Positions 39,150-50,427 of a stretch of DNA of 64,000 nucleotides are shown piece by piece. The stretch is taken from contig CAWHFW010000005.1 of the NCBI GenBank assembly GCA_963828735.1, forward strand, positions 1,856,001-1,920,000, in the 5' to 3' direction. Every line of letters begins with the position of its first letter. Position 1 is the first letter of the stretch. The translations under genes were made by a program, and so were the position numbers. This DNA is from an uncultured Gemmatimonadales bacterium. Its GTDB lineage: Bacteria; Gemmatimonadota; Gemmatimonadetes; Gemmatimonadales; GWC2-71-9. The notes beneath the pieces are model-generated. The model was not told the origin of the DNA. It saw nothing but the letters and a program-made list of their open reading frames with translations, and ran no database searches.

Positions 39150-39282
39150 GACCATTCCGGTCGTCGGGTCGGGTGCCACTACGCGAACGTGGCCACGGGA
39201 GTTGCAGATCTTGCGGTGCCCGGTTTCCGCTCCATGCTTAGCGGTGCCAGGCACGACGCACGTCATTCGAAAGGATTCACAG

Positions 39283-41489
<2,207 letters not shown>

Positions 41490-41506
41490 CGGGGCCGCGA
41501 CGACCC

Positions 41507-42403
41507 TCAGTCCACCTCGATCTCTCCTTCGCTCACCAGCACGCTCGTCCCCCCGACCCGCGCCTCCACCACCTCCCCGTCGCGCTTCTCCGCCGCCACC
41601 TCGAGCACGCTCGGACGCCCCATCTCGACGCCCTGCGCGACGCGCCACTGGTAGCTCCCGCTCGTCGCGGGATCGTAGCCCGCGAGGAGCGCGCCGAGCG
41701 CCGCGTTGGCGCTCCCGGTGGCCGGGTCCTCCGGCACGCCGTCGAACGGCGCGAACATGCGGGTCCGGATGTCGAAGTCGTCGCCGGTGCGCACGTACAA
41801 GTGCAGGTCGGCCGTCATCCCGTCGCCGATCAGCGCCTCGAGGCGGTCCATCCGCGGCCGCGCGCGCTCGAGCGCGGCGCGGTCGCGCAGCTCGCCGATC
41901 AGGAACCGGAGCCCGACGGAGGCCAGTTGCGGTGGATGCGTGCGGGTGACGACGTCCTCGGCCGCGAGCGACACCGCCTGGGCGAAGGTCTCGGCGCTGA
42001 CGCTCCGGCCGAGGGTGAGCCGCTCGGGCGCGGACAGCTCGCAGCGGATGAGCCCGTCGCGCCGCTCGACCGCGATCGGCACCATTCCCGCCTTCTCCTC
42101 GAACGTGATCCGCATCGGCTGGTCGAGCGGCCCCAGCTCGCCGAGAGTCGCCAGTACGAACGCGGTGCCGACATTGGGATGCCCGGCGAACGGCACCTCG
42201 ACCGCCGGCGTGAAGATTCGGACGCGCCGCGTGCCACCTTTCTCGGGCGGGAAGACGAAGGAGGTCTCGGCGAAGTTGAACTCGCGGGCGATCTGCTGCA
42301 TCCGCTTGTCCGACAGCCCGGTGGCCGCGGGCAGCACGGCGAGCTGGTTGCCGCCGAAGCGCGTGGCGGTGAAGACGTCGCAGGTGAGATAGCGGTAGCG
42401 CAT
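41507..42403 (-). CDS. PhzF family epimerase/isomerase
   Basis: Motifs DVFT..FGGN, ETSF, EVPFAGHP and EDPATGSA. Confidence 0.93.
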   Translation of the reverse strand: MRYRYLTCDVFTATRFGGNQLAVLPAATGLSDKRMQQIAREFNFAETSFVFPPEKGGTRRVRIFTPAVEVPFAGHPNVGTAFVLATLGELGPLDQPMRITFEEKAGMVPIAVERRDGLIRCELSAPERLTLGRSVSAETFAQAVSLAAEDVVTRTHPPQLASVGLRFLIGELRDRAALERARPRMDRLEALIGDGMTADLHLYVRTGDDFDIRTRMFAPFDGVPEDPATGSANAALGALLAGYDPATSGSYQWRVAQGVEMGRPSVLEVAAEKRDGEVVEARVGGTSVLVSEGEIEVD

Positions 42404-42535
42404 GGACCTTCCTCACGGGTGCATGGGAACGATCGCTCAATGTAGAGCCGGCGCCGTCCGGGCGCTCGTCCGGCGCGGGCTGGCGTCGCGATCCGACACG
42501 TCCCAGATTCGACGAGTCCCCTCCCGCGATCCGAC

Positions 42536-45460
42536 GTGACCAGTCCTCCCGCCGCGCTCGTCGAAGCCCTGCACGACCGCTACGTGATCGAGCGCACGCT
42601 CGGGCGCGGCGGCATGGCGACCGTCTATCTCGCGCGCGACGTGCGCCATGACCGATACGTCGCCCTCAAGGTGCTCCACGCGGAGCTCGGCCGTTCGCTC
42701 GGCCCCGAGCGCTTCCTCCGCGAGATCCGGCTGGCCGCGAGCCTGCAGCACACGCACATCCTCCCGGTCCACGAATCCGGCGAGACGGCGGGGCGGCTCT
42801 GGTTCACGATGCCCTATGTCGCGGGCGAGAGCCTGCGCGACCGGCTGCGGCGCGAGCGGCAGCTTCCGGTGGACGCCGCCGTGCGGATCGCGAGCCAGGT
42901 GGCGCGCGCGCTCGATCACGCGCACCGCCACGGAGTGATCCACCGGGACATCAAGCCGGAGAACATCCTCCTCACCGAGGACGGCGACACGCTCGTGGCC
43001 GACTTCGGCATCGGCCGCGCCACGGGCGTGCTCGGCGAGGACGATCGGATCACCGAGACCGGCGTGGTCGTGGGCACGCCGGCCTACATGAGCCCGGAGC
43101 AGGGCTCGGGCGAGCGCGAGCTGGACGGGCGCTCGGATCTCTACAGCCTGGGCTGCGTGCTCTACGAGATGCTGGCGGGCGAGCCCCCATTCACGGGGCC
43201 GACCGCCCAGGCGATGATCGCCAGGCGGCTCACCGAGACCGCGCGTCCGCTACACCTGGTGCGGGAGACCGTGTCGCCGGAGCTTGAGCACGCGGTGGAT
43301 CGCTCGCTGGCCCGGGCGCCAGCCGATCGGTTCGCCATCGGCGCCGAGATGGCGGAGGCGTTGTCGGCGGCTTCTCATGCGGGCGCCGCGCACTCCACCA
43401 CGCATGTCCCCTCTCCGGTCGGCTCGCGACGAGCACCGATACTGGTCGGGCTCGCGCTGCTCGCGGCGGCGGCCGTCGCGTTCGGCCTGCTTCGAAGCCG
43501 GGCGGGATCGCGGCCGATTCTCGCCGACACGCTCATCGCGGTGGCGCCGTTCGACGTGCTCGATCCAAAGCTCGCGCTCTGGCGGGAGGGACTGGTGGAT
43601 CTGCTCTCCCGCAACCTCGACGGCGCAGGGCCGCTCCGCACGGTCGCACCGACCACCGTCATTCGCCGCTGGACCGGCCGCGCCGATCCCGAGTCCGCCG
43701 GCGACCTCGGACGGCGCACCGGAGCCGGGCTCGCGCTCTACGGCTCCCTGCTGGGCGCCGGCCCGGACTCGATGCGGCTCCGCGCCACGCTCTACGACGT
43801 GGCAGCCGCACGTCCGATCCAGGAGTGGGAGCTGACCGACGTGGCGGACCGGGTGGACCGCGCGGCCGACTCGCTCACCATCCGCGTGCTCGAGGGGCTC
43901 GGCCGCACCCGCCCGATCGGCGCCGTGCGCCTGGTCGGCTTCGGCTCGACGTCGCTCCCCGCGCTCAAGGCCTTCCTCCAGGGAGAGCAGCTCCTCCGGC
44001 GGAGTGCCTGGGACTCGGCGCTGGTGTACTACCAGCGCGCCATCGAGCTCGACAGCACGTTCGCCCCCGCGTTCCGGCGCGCGAGCCTCGCGCTCGGCTG
44101 GATCCGCACCGGGACCGACTCACTGTCCACCACGTACGCCCAGCGCGCGGGCGAGCTCAACCACGGCCTGCCGACCCGGGACAGCCTGTACATCGCCACG
44201 GACTCGGTCATGGCATCGTTGCTGCACGCGGGCACGCTGGGCTCCGGGGCGGACAGCGGATACGGCCCGAGGCTCGATCGCCTGTTCCAGATGGCGGAAT
44301 ACGGGGTGGCTCGATATCCGGACGATGCGGAGGCCTGGCACCTGCTCGGCGAGGCGGAGGAGCACCTGGGTCCGATGGCCGGCCGTCCGGCGGACGGGGT
44401 AAGCCGCGCGTTCGATCGGGCGATCGCACTCGACTCATCGTTCGGCCCGTCCTACATCCATGCGATCGAGCTGGCCGCTATAGAGGGGCCGGAGCCGCGG
44501 CGGCGGTACATGCGTCCGTATCTGGCGCTGGCAGCCGGGAACGACCGCGCCGCGGACGGTGCGCGGCTGCTCGAGCTGCTCGTCGACTCGGCGACCCCGC
44601 CGGCGCGACGCACGGCGCTGTACCGGCGCACGTCGGACGAAGGGTTGTTCACCTGCTACTCCACGCTGAGCCGAATGCCGGACGGCGGCGAACAGGCCCT
44701 GGACCTCGCTCGGTACATCACGGCCCATCCGCTCAGCATTCCGCCGCTCGACACACCCGAGCGCGTTCGAGGCGTGGTCCCGCGGCAGTCCATGGTACGC
44801 GGCCGTCTTCGCGCCGGCGCCGCGGTGTTCTGGCCGCGCGATTCATTGCTCGTCGCGGAAGCAGCGCTTTTGGGGGCGATTCCGGCGGAGAGCGCCTCGG
44901 CCCACCTGAGCGAGCGCGCCCACAGCCGGCCGACATTCATCGACGTCGCCTGGCTTCCCTGGCTGGCGAGCCGTCACGACACCGTCGCGCTCACGGTGAT
45001 GGAGCGGCGCGCCGCCGAGGCTGCCCGGCGGACACCCGCGAGCGCGAGTCTTCCCACGCCCGACTATGTCGCTCGATCGGCGCACGCCTTCCTGGCGCTG
45101 GCGCGGCGGGATACGACCACGACCATCGAGCAGCTGCTCGCCCTGCCGCGGTCGGGATGTCCGGCCTGCTATCTGAATCAGCTCACGCTCGCCGAGCTTC
45201 TGATCGAGCGGCATCGCGACCAGGAGGCGTGGACGATCGTGCGCGCTAACTCGCCCACCGCCGCCGCTGGGGCCTTCCCGTCGGAGGTACTCTGGACGCT
45301 GCTGCGCGGCCGCGTGGCCGAGCGGATTGGCGAGCGGGACACCGCGATCAGGTCGTATGCCTGGGTGGCGGGAATGTGGCGGGACGCGGATCCGTCGCTG
45401 CAGCCATACGTCGTGGAGGCGCGCGAGGGGATGGCGCGGTTGACGAAGGAGCCGTCGTGA
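42536..45460 (+). CDS. Ser/Thr kinase with TM and TPR-like C-terminal region
   Basis: Motifs GRGGMA, VALK, HRDIKPEN, DFG and SPEQ. Confidence 0.93.
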   Translation: MTSPPAALVEALHDRYVIERTLGRGGMATVYLARDVRHDRYVALKVLHAELGRSLGPERFLREIRLAASLQHTHILPVHESGETAGRLWFTMPYVAGESLRDRLRRERQLPVDAAVRIASQVARALDHAHRHGVIHRDIKPENILLTEDGDTLVADFGIGRATGVLGEDDRITETGVVVGTPAYMSPEQGSGERELDGRSDLYSLGCVLYEMLAGEPPFTGPTAQAMIARRLTETARPLHLVRETVSPELEHAVDRSLARAPADRFAIGAEMAEALSAASHAGAAHSTTHVPSPVGSRRAPILVGLALLAAAAVAFGLLRSRAGSRPILADTLIAVAPFDVLDPKLALWREGLVDLLSRNLDGAGPLRTVAPTTVIRRWTGRADPESAGDLGRRTGAGLALYGSLLGAGPDSMRLRATLYDVAAARPIQEWELTDVADRVDRAADSLTIRVLEGLGRTRPIGAVRLVGFGSTSLPALKAFLQGEQLLRRSAWDSALVYYQRAIELDSTFAPAFRRASLALGWIRTGTDSLSTTYAQRAGELNHGLPTRDSLYIATDSVMASLLHAGTLGSGADSGYGPRLDRLFQMAEYGVARYPDDAEAWHLLGEAEEHLGPMAGRPADGVSRAFDRAIALDSSFGPSYIHAIELAAIEGPEPRRRYMRPYLALAAGNDRAADGARLLELLVDSATPPARRTALYRRTSDEGLFTCYSTLSRMPDGGEQALDLARYITAHPLSIPPLDTPERVRGVVPRQSMVRGRLRAGAAVFWPRDSLLVAEAALLGAIPAESASAHLSERAHSRPTFIDVAWLPWLASRHDTVALTVMERRAAEAARRTPASASLPTPDYVARSAHAFLALARRDTTTTIEQLLALPRSGCPACYLNQLTLAELLIERHRDQEAWTIVRANSPTAAAGAFPSEVLWTLLRGRVAERIGERDTAIRSYAWVAGMWRDADPSLQPYVVEAREGMARLTKEPS

Positions 45461-45516
45461 GGAGTGCGGGGGCCGCGCTGTCGCCGGGACCGGAACGACA
45501 GCGCGAGCCTCCCGGC

Positions 45517-46932
45517 CTACGGAAAGATCCCCAGCTGCTCGTAGCTCAACGCCACCTTGTCGATCGCTACGATCATCGCCGCGGTGCGCATGTCCACCGT
45601 GCCCTTCCGCTCCTTCCATTCCTTCCGGATCCCGTGATACGCGCCGATCATGGTCTCCTCGAGTCCCGAGTTGACCAGGTCCTCCTCGCTCGCGCCGCGC
45701 GTCACCCGCTCGACTTCTTCGGCGGTGAACCGCCGTCCCGTCACGCCCTCCACCGCCTCAAGCAGCCGGCCGTAGGCCCCCTGCTCGAACCGCTTCTGCA
45801 TCCGGCCGAAGCGGACGTGGCCCAGATTCTTGACCCATTCGAAGTAGGAGACGGTGACCCCGCCCGCGTTGACGTAGGCGTCGGGGACCACGAGGATGCC
45901 GCGCTGCGTGAGGATCTCGTCGGCCTCGCTGGTAGTCGGGCCGTTCGCCGCCTCGACCACGATCTTGGCCTTCACGCGCGGGGCGTTCTCCGCGGTGATC
46001 TGCCGCTCGAGGGCAGCGGGGATGAGGATGTCGCAGTCGAGCTCGAGCGCGTCCTCCCGGCGCTTGAGATCGATCGCGCCAGGGAAGCCGAGCACGCTCC
46101 GCCGCTCTCGGCGATAGGCCATGACCTTCTCGAGGTCGAGCCCCTTGGGGTCGCCGATGGCGCCTTCCGTCTCCGCGAGCCCGACGATCAGCGCGCCGGC
46201 CTCGCGGAAAAACTTGGCGGCGAAGTATCCGACGTTGCCCAGACCCTGCACCACCACCCGTTTGCCCTCGAGGCCGGGTGTGAGGCCGAGCGCCTTCATG
46301 TCCTCGGCGACGCCGCAGAGCTCGCGCGTGCCGTAGAACACGCCGCGCCCCGTCGCCTCGGTGCGGCCGCGGATACCGCCGGCGCTCACCGGCTTGGCGG
46401 TGACGCAGCCGAGGGCGTCGAGCTCGCCCGGACGGAGCTGGGTGTACGTGTCCGCGATCCAGGCCATCTCGCGGCTGCTCGTCCCCACGTCGGGAGCCGG
46501 CACGTCGAGCCCGGGCCCCATGAAGTTCTTGCGCACCAGCTCGAACACGTAGCGCCGGGTGATCCGCTCCAGCTCGCCGACGGAGTACTTCTTGGGCTCG
46601 ATCCGAATGCCCCCCTTGGCGCCGCCGAACGGCACGTCCACCAGCGCGCACTTGTACGTCATCAGGGCGGCCAGCGCCTGCACCTCCTCCGCGTCCACCG
46701 CGAGCGCGTACCGGATGCCGCCCTTGCACGGCAGCTTGTGGTGGCTGTGCTCGGCGCGCCAGGCGTGCACCACCTCGATCGTGCCGTCGTCGCGTTTGAT
46801 GGGGAAGCTGGTGTAGAAGAGGTTCTTGCAGGCCTTGATGTTGGCGAGCAGGGTCGGCTGGTGGTGGGTGAAGCTCGCCGCCCGATCGAAGGACCGGTTG
46901 ACCTGGTCGAGGAAGCTGGAGCCCACGGACAT
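45517..46932 (-). CDS. gdhA: Glu/Leu/Phe/Val dehydrogenase (glutamate dehydrogenase)
   Basis: Motifs KGGIRY, GGAKGG, DVPAPD, GLGNVG, EAANGP and NAGGVTVSYFEW. Confidence 0.93.
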   Translation of the reverse strand: MSVGSSFLDQVNRSFDRAASFTHHQPTLLANIKACKNLFYTSFPIKRDDGTIEVVHAWRAEHSHHKLPCKGGIRYALAVDAEEVQALAALMTYKCALVDVPFGGAKGGIRIEPKKYSVGELERITRRYVFELVRKNFMGPGLDVPAPDVGTSSREMAWIADTYTQLRPGELDALGCVTAKPVSAGGIRGRTEATGRGVFYGTRELCGVAEDMKALGLTPGLEGKRVVVQGLGNVGYFAAKFFREAGALIVGLAETEGAIGDPKGLDLEKVMAYRRERRSVLGFPGAIDLKRREDALELDCDILIPAALERQITAENAPRVKAKIVVEAANGPTTSEADEILTQRGILVVPDAYVNAGGVTVSYFEWVKNLGHVRFGRMQKRFEQGAYGRLLEAVEGVTGRRFTAEEVERVTRGASEEDLVNSGLEETMIGAYHGIRKEWKERKGTVDMRTAAMIVAIDKVALSYEQLGIFP

Positions 46933-47261
46933 GGGCGTCTCCTGTGGGAGCCGGAAAGAGGGGTTGGATCAGTGATACCAGTCCCGGAGGGGTCGCGCCA
47001 GGGCGGACCTCCGATATCGCCTCCACGCGCGACGGCGTCTTTTCCGCCGGACGGTGGAAAGTCACCCATCGGGCGTAACCTATGGAGAGGGCGTGCCTTC
47101 AGGCCCGCGGCTCGTCGGGTCGAGACGAGGCCAAGAGGATGCGAGGCGCGAACACGGGATATGCCGGACGCCAAGGCCTCCGGGACGATTTGTCTCCCGC
47201 GGTGCCCCGTCCGTCGCCCGCCGCTTACCTGCCGCCGGGACGGTGGTATTTTACGTGTCCC

Positions 47262-47975
47262 ATGCAGACCTCTCAGGGCGTCCGGCCCCTCCGACTGACC
47301 CTCGCGCTCCGCCTGGCATCTCTGGCCCTCGCCGGGACCTTCGCCGCCTGTGGCGGCTCCGCCCAGCATGAGACGGCCGCCGCCCCGTCGCCCCAGCCGC
47401 CCGCCAACGCCGAAGAGCTCGCGGCGATCGCCCGGGCCCGGGCCGACAGCGCGCGCCTGCCCTCCACCGAGGCCGACGCGCAGTTCATGACCGGCATGAT
47501 CAACCACCACGCGCAGGCGATCGTCATGGCCGGCTGGGCGCCGAGCCACGAAGCCAGCCCGTCCATCCAGACGCTGTGCGCCCGGATCATCAACGCGCAG
47601 CGCGACGAGATCGCCACGATGCAGACGTGGCTGCGCGATCGCGGGCGCCCGGTGCCGGAGCCGGTGCCCGGCCCGATGAAGATGAAGATGAACGGCATGG
47701 AGCATGAGATGCTCATGCCGGGCATGCTGACCGAAGAGCAGATGCACCAGCTCGATCAGGCGCGCGGCGAGGAGTTCGACCGGCTGTTCCTCACCTTCAT
47801 GATCCAGCACCACAAGGGCGCCGTGTCCATGGTGAAGGATCTGTTCGGCTCGTACGGGTCCGCGCAGGACGAGACCGTGTTCAAGTTCGCCAACGACGTC
47901 AGCGTCGATCAGTCCACCGAGATTGCCCGGATGGAGAAGATGCTGGCGGCCCTTCCGCCTTCCCAGCCCTCGTGA
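47262..47975 (+). CDS. DUF305 ferritin-like lipoprotein
   Basis: Lipobox FAAC; paired MI.HH motifs; Met-rich loop. Confidence 0.88.
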   Translation: MQTSQGVRPLRLTLALRLASLALAGTFAACGGSAQHETAAAPSPQPPANAEELAAIARARADSARLPSTEADAQFMTGMINHHAQAIVMAGWAPSHEASPSIQTLCARIINAQRDEIATMQTWLRDRGRPVPEPVPGPMKMKMNGMEHEMLMPGMLTEEQMHQLDQARGEEFDRLFLTFMIQHHKGAVSMVKDLFGSYGSAQDETVFKFANDVSVDQSTEIARMEKMLAALPPSQPS

Positions 47976-47992
47976 CCTCCAAGGAACCCGTC

Positions 47993-49945
47993 ATGGCTCT
48001 CGCGTCGCTCCGATCCCTGTCGCTCATGCTCGGCCTCGCGGCCGTGTCGGCCTGCGCTCACTCGACCTCGAGCACGGGCAACATGTCCGCCACCCCGCCG
48101 AGTCCCGATCCGCGCGTGGGCCTCAAGGCCGGCCTCTTCGACGCGCAGGAAGCCACCTGGAACCTGCGCGTGCTGTCGAAGACGCCGCCGTCGGAGAAGT
48201 TTCTCGGCATCACGAATTCCGACCTGAGCTTCACCGGCAAGTACGCCATCCAGGGCAGCTACAACGGGTACCAGGTCTGGGACATCACGGATCCGGGCAA
48301 GCCGCGACTCGAGACCGCCTACGTCTGCCCCGCGTCGCAGAGCGACGTGTCGGCGTACAAGAACCTGCTTTTCGTCTCCGGCGAGGGCCTGAGCGGCCGG
48401 CTCGACTGCGGCACGGAAGGCGTGCCCGACACGGTCAGCAAGGATCGCCTGCGCGGGCTTCGCATCTTCGATATCAGCGACATCGCGCATCCCAAGAACG
48501 TCGGCAACGTACAGACCTGCCGGGGCTCGCACACGCACTCGGTACTGGTGGACCCCAAGGACACCGAGAACGTGTACGTGTACATCTCGGGGTCGTCGAA
48601 CGTCCGTTCGCCGAGCGAGCTGGCCGGCTGTGTAAGCGCCGCGCCGGATCAGGACTCGGCGTCGGCGCTGTTCCGGATCGAAGTCATCAAGGTTCCGCTG
48701 GCGCATCCGGAGCAGGCCGCCATCGTGAGCTCGCCGCGCATCTTCCAGGACCTGGCGGCGCCGCCCAAGCACGGCGAGGCGGCGGAGGACATGGCGAAGA
48801 TCAAGGACGCGGAGGCCAAGGGCGCCTTCGTGGCCTCGTTCATGGGCATGCATCAGATCCTGAGCAAGGAGGACGGGGATTCGCTGGTGGCGATGGTGAT
48901 GAAGAGCCGCGACCGGACCGGCACGCCGACCGCGGAGGACAGCGCGGCAGCCCGTGAGGCGCTCCCCGGCATCGTGGCCAAGATGGTTGGTCCGTCGAAT
49001 ACCGGGCCGACCCAGTGTCACGACATCACCCTGTATCCGGCGATCGGCCTGGCCGGTGGTGCGTGCGGCGGCTACGGCCTGCTGCTCGACATCAGCGATC
49101 CGGTGAACCCCAAGCGGATCGGGGCCGTGTCCGACTCGAACTTCTCCTACTGGCACTCGGCGACGTTCAACAACGACGGCACCAAGCTGCTGTTCTCGGA
49201 CGAGTGGGGCGGCGGCGGCCAGCCGAAGTGCCGGGCCACCGATCCCAAGGAGTGGGGCGCCGACGCCATCTTCACGCTCGCCGACCGGAAGATGACCTTC
49301 CAGAGCTACTACAAGATGCTCGCGCCCCAGACGCAGCAGGAGAACTGCGTCGCTCACAACGGCTCGCTGATCCCCATCCCCGGCCGCGACGTGATGGTGC
49401 AGGCGTGGTATCAGGGCGGCATCTCGGTCTTCGACTGGACCGACGCGGCGCACCCGAAGGAGATCGCCTTCTTCGACCGCGGCCCCGTGGACTCGACCAA
49501 GATGGCCAGCGGCGGCTCGTGGTCCATCTACTGGTACAACGGCGTGATGGTGAGCTCGGAGATCTCTCGCGGGCTCGACATCTTCGAGCTCACGCCGAGC
49601 GCGTTCATCTCGCAGAACGAGATCGACGCGGCCAAGAGCGTCCACTACGATTACCTGAACGTGCAGGGGCAGAACAAGATCGTGTGGCCCGCGACCTTCG
49701 CGCTGGCACGGGCGTACCTGGACCAGCTCGAGCGGGAGAAGGGTCTGGACGAGGGCCACATCTCGTCGGCGCGGAAGGCGCTGGCCGATGCGGAGAAGGC
49801 CTCGGACACCAAGCGGCAGGACGAACTGTCCGCCCTCGCCTCGGAGCTGGATGGGGAAGCCAAGAGCGCGAGTGACCCGACCAAGGTGCAGGCGGCCGCC
49901 GGCGCCGTGCGCGGCCTCGCCTCCGAAAAGACCGCGATGCGGTAG
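47993..49945 (+). CDS. LVIVD-repeat beta-propeller lipoprotein
   Basis: Lipobox VSAC; LRIFDISD/LLDISDP repeats; TCRGSHTH, QCHDI and NCVAHN. Alternative GTG start at 47972. Confidence 0.82.
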   Translation: MALASLRSLSLMLGLAAVSACAHSTSSTGNMSATPPSPDPRVGLKAGLFDAQEATWNLRVLSKTPPSEKFLGITNSDLSFTGKYAIQGSYNGYQVWDITDPGKPRLETAYVCPASQSDVSAYKNLLFVSGEGLSGRLDCGTEGVPDTVSKDRLRGLRIFDISDIAHPKNVGNVQTCRGSHTHSVLVDPKDTENVYVYISGSSNVRSPSELAGCVSAAPDQDSASALFRIEVIKVPLAHPEQAAIVSSPRIFQDLAAPPKHGEAAEDMAKIKDAEAKGAFVASFMGMHQILSKEDGDSLVAMVMKSRDRTGTPTAEDSAAAREALPGIVAKMVGPSNTGPTQCHDITLYPAIGLAGGACGGYGLLLDISDPVNPKRIGAVSDSNFSYWHSATFNNDGTKLLFSDEWGGGGQPKCRATDPKEWGADAIFTLADRKMTFQSYYKMLAPQTQQENCVAHNGSLIPIPGRDVMVQAWYQGGISVFDWTDAAHPKEIAFFDRGPVDSTKMASGGSWSIYWYNGVMVSSEISRGLDIFELTPSAFISQNEIDAAKSVHYDYLNVQGQNKIVWPATFALARAYLDQLEREKGLDEGHISSARKALADAEKASDTKRQDELSALASELDGEAKSASDPTKVQAAAGAVRGLASEKTAMR

Positions 49946-49954
49946 GGCATCGGT

Positions 49955-50001
49955 GACAGGACCCCGGTCGGCCAAAGGGCCGGCCGGGGTCCTTGTCGTT
50001 T
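49955..50001 (+). terminator. Intrinsic terminator hairpin
   Basis: GGACCCCGGTCGGCC-AAAG-GGCCGGCCGGGGTCC followed by TTGTCGTTT. Confidence 0.75.
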
Positions 50002-50025
50002 GGAGCCCAGATGACATCCGCACAT

Positions 50026-50083
50026 GATACCTTGACATCTAGGTATCGGCGCCCCACACTAGAGGCAGGCATAGACCTCTAGG
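50026..50083 (+). promoter_or_regulatory. padR promoter (TTGACA-N17-CACACT) with two CCTAGA-N2-TCTAGG-like operators
   Basis: CCTTGACATCTAGG at 50030-50043 and CATAGACCTCTAGG at 50070-50083. Confidence 0.7.
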
Positions 50084-50091
50084 TGGAGCCC

Positions 50092-50424
50092 ATGTCCGTC
50101 CCCGCGAAAGACCGCCTCCACGGCACGCTCGACGCTCTCATCCTCAAGACCCTCACCTGGGGCCCGCGCCACGGCTACGCCGTCTCGCGCTGGCTCCGGG
50201 ACACGAGCGGCGACGCGATCCAGGTCGAGGAGGGCTCGCTCTATCCCGCGCTCTACCGCATGGAGCGGCAGGGATGGATCGAGGCGGAATGGGGGACGTC
50301 GGAGCTGGGCCGCAAGGCGAGGTTCTACCGGCTGACGGGCAAGGGCCGGAAGCAGCTCGCGGCGGAGACCGAGCGGTTCGCCCAGTTCGTGGCGGCGGTC
50401 TCGCCCATTCTGCTGCCGGGCTGA
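50092..50424 (+). CDS. PadR family regulator (acidobacterial type)
   Basis: Motifs GTLD.LILK.L, HGY and EGSLYPALYRME. Confidence 0.93.
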   Translation: MSVPAKDRLHGTLDALILKTLTWGPRHGYAVSRWLRDTSGDAIQVEEGSLYPALYRMERQGWIEAEWGTSELGRKARFYRLTGKGRKQLAAETERFAQFVAAVSPILLPG

Positions 50425-50427
50425 CCG

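Noticed and set aside
39150..39282. Possible SAM or cobalamin riboswitch upstream of the MetE-like gene
   Set aside because: Only fragments (GGTGCC, GCCACT) are present and I could not build the conserved core. An Rfam search would settle it.
46933..47261. Hairpins between gdhA and DUF305 as a possible ncRNA
   Set aside because: Short GC stems only, with no recognisable riboswitch or sRNA motif.
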